Shown here: piece by piece, positions 62,690 through 64,000 of the stretch | Numbering within the stretch: the first letter of the stretch is position 1 | Layout of the letters: each line of letters begins with the position of its first letter | Assembly: GCA_017471825.1 (NCBI GenBank) | Contig: JAFURQ010000027.1 | Span: 59,478-123,477 of the forward strand | From: Clostridia bacterium | GTDB taxonomy: Bacteria > Bacillota > Clostridia > Oscillospirales > CAG-272 | DNA: 64,000 nucleotides | Reading direction: 5' to 3' | The notes under the pieces: model-generated | Database searches by the model: none | Told to the model about the DNA's origin: nothing | The model's input: the letters and a program-made list of their open reading frames with translations, nothing else | Position numbers and translations under genes: made by a program

Positions 62690-64000
62690 TTATTCGCCGT
62701 GCTTCTTTCTTAAAAATTCGACGTTCCTATCCACTTGCTTTTTGTGTAGCGGATACCAAAACCACAATATAAGCGACAGGGAACCAAATCCAATTGCGGG
62801 AATAAGCGTAGAGATGTTGAATACACCTTCAAGAACGTCGCGGTTAAATGCCGTCTCTTGCGTATATCCAACAATCGATAACAAAAGTCCCGATAAACCG
62901 GCAGACGCCGCTTGCCCCAGCTTTCTTGCGAAGGAATACATAGCATATATAGATCCGTCCTCGCGTATTCCGTGCTTTATTTCGGAATAGTCGATTACGT
63001 CGGTTATCAATGCCCACGACACCATAGCAAAAATTCCAAGTCCAATCCAGCTTATGAAATTAAGTCCCACGTATACCCAAACGTTTTGCGGTCGCAGAAA
63101 GAAAAGGAGAATGCAAACTCCTGCCGCCAGAAGATTTGACACAACGCTTATTTCCGCCTTTCCAAATCTTCGCGCTATCGGCTTTGCTATTGCGGCGGCA
63201 AAAATCATTCCAAACATCATCGCAAACGTAGAAATTGACTGCGCCGTGGAATTGTTATAATAATTGGGGTAAACGTAGTTCGCCATTGACTGAAGCGTGA
63301 GCTGTGCTAAAAGCATAACCACCGATGCAACTATTATCGAAAGCAGAGCCCTGTTTGATGCTACGTTTTTTAAAAGCTCTCCTACGCTTCCTTGCTTTTT
63401 TTGGCTTTTACTCTCTTCGGGAACAACTCTCTCTGTCACGAGAAAATAGCAAATAACATAGCAAGCTATGGCGAGTATTGAAAATACTCCTGCAATGGTA
63501 GTAAAGGTCTTACCGTCAAGTACGGTGTTTCCTTCTATCTTTTTATAAGCCAAAAGAGGAATTCCTGCGCCTACGATAACTCCCGCGAGCGTACTCCCCA
63601 TTGTTCTGAAGGTGGAAAGCGATTGTCTGTCGTCCGGCTCTCTCGAGATGGCGGATGCCATAGAGCCGTAGGGAATGTTTATAGAGGTATAGAAAATGGA
63701 TCCCCATAATATATACGTTACAGCGAGCCAAACAATTTTGAACCACATTGCCGCATCGGCAAGTGAGCTTTGATATATAAGAAATGAAGCGATAGCAACA
63801 GGACCGCACATTCTTATTATCCAGGGCTTAAATTTGCCGTTTTTTGTTACACGTCCCCTATCGCATATGCGTCCCATTGTAACGTCGGTGAACCCGTCTA
63901 TGAAACGCGCAATCATCATAATAGCGCCGACTATACCGGCGGATACGCCCATTACGTCTGTATAAAATTTCAATAGGAAGCTGGAAGATAAAATGAAGGT
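62690..64000 (-). CDS. glycoside-pentoside-hexuronide (GPH):cation symporter family transporter, partial (N-terminus lies outside the window)
   Basis: ...FYTDVMGVSAGIVGAIMMIARFIDGFTDVTMGRICDR... is the GPH signature region. There are about 11 TM helices. The frame stays open to the window edge. Confidence 0.8.
   Translation of the reverse strand, partial: TFILSSSFLLKFYTDVMGVSAGIVGAIMMIARFIDGFTDVTMGRICDRGRVTKNGKFKPWIIRMCGPVAIASFLIYQSSLADAAMWFKIVWLAVTYILWGSIFYTSINIPYGSMASAISREPDDRQSLSTFRTMGSTLAGVIVGAGIPLLAYKKIEGNTVLDGKTFTTIAGVFSILAIACYVICYFLVTERVVPEESKSQKKQGSVGELLKNVASNRALLSIIVASVVMLLAQLTLQSMANYVYPNYYNNSTAQSISTFAMMFGMIFAAAIAKPIARRFGKAEISVVSNLLAAGVCILLFFLRPQNVWVYVGLNFISWIGLGIFAMVSWALITDVIDYSEIKHGIREDGSIYAMYSFARKLGQAASAGLSGLLLSIVGYTQETAFNRDVLEGVFNISTLIPAIGFGSLSLILWFWYPLHKKQVDRNVEFLRKKHGE

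Overview
This is a chromosomal segment from a spore-forming Firmicute of the class Clostridia, judged from sigG, spoIVB, a SipL/SpoVID-like DUF3794-LysM gene and a SleB-like hydrolase. About 70% of the window is ordinary housekeeping sequence.

**Housekeeping content**
- A deoB-deoD-deoC-tdk nucleoside salvage cluster, followed by topB.
- A run of membrane and phosphoesterase genes.
- A RumA/TrmA-family RNA methyltransferase and a tRNA-Glu(CUC).
- A 1200-aa secreted protein.
- An nrdG-nrdD-trxB cluster, then hprK and polA.
- A complete S10-spc-alpha ribosomal superoperon (rpsJ to rplQ, including secY, adk, map, infA and rpoA).

**Accessory content**
The interesting content is three visibly AT-rich patches, each directly downstream of a conserved gene's 3' end. 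In each case a second, diverged or partial copy of that 3' end lies on the far side of the patch. None of the patches carries a recombinase.
- **rumA-family gene (about 11.3-12.9 kb).** The patch carries an Avd-like four-helix-bundle (4HB) gene, an orphan gene and a peculiar GTGAAGT/ACTTCAC motif-hairpin array. A truncated ion-channel gene lies next to it.
- **tRNA-Glu (about 16.35-17.1 kb).** The patch carries a second 4HB gene interrupted by an in-frame TAG, a second motif-hairpin array and a 110-nt element closed by an inverted repeat.
- **spoIVB (about 30.25-35.63 kb).** At least three displaced relics of the spoIVB 3' end are present. The newest roughly 2.8 kb cassette carries a WYL-like gene divergent from an overlapping toxin-like/immunity-like pair, and is bounded by copies of a 22-nt motif.

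The 29-33 kb stretch is also a gene graveyard, with glycosidase, xylA and AraC fragments.

All functional calls come from reading the translations and the DNA by eye. No database search was run.
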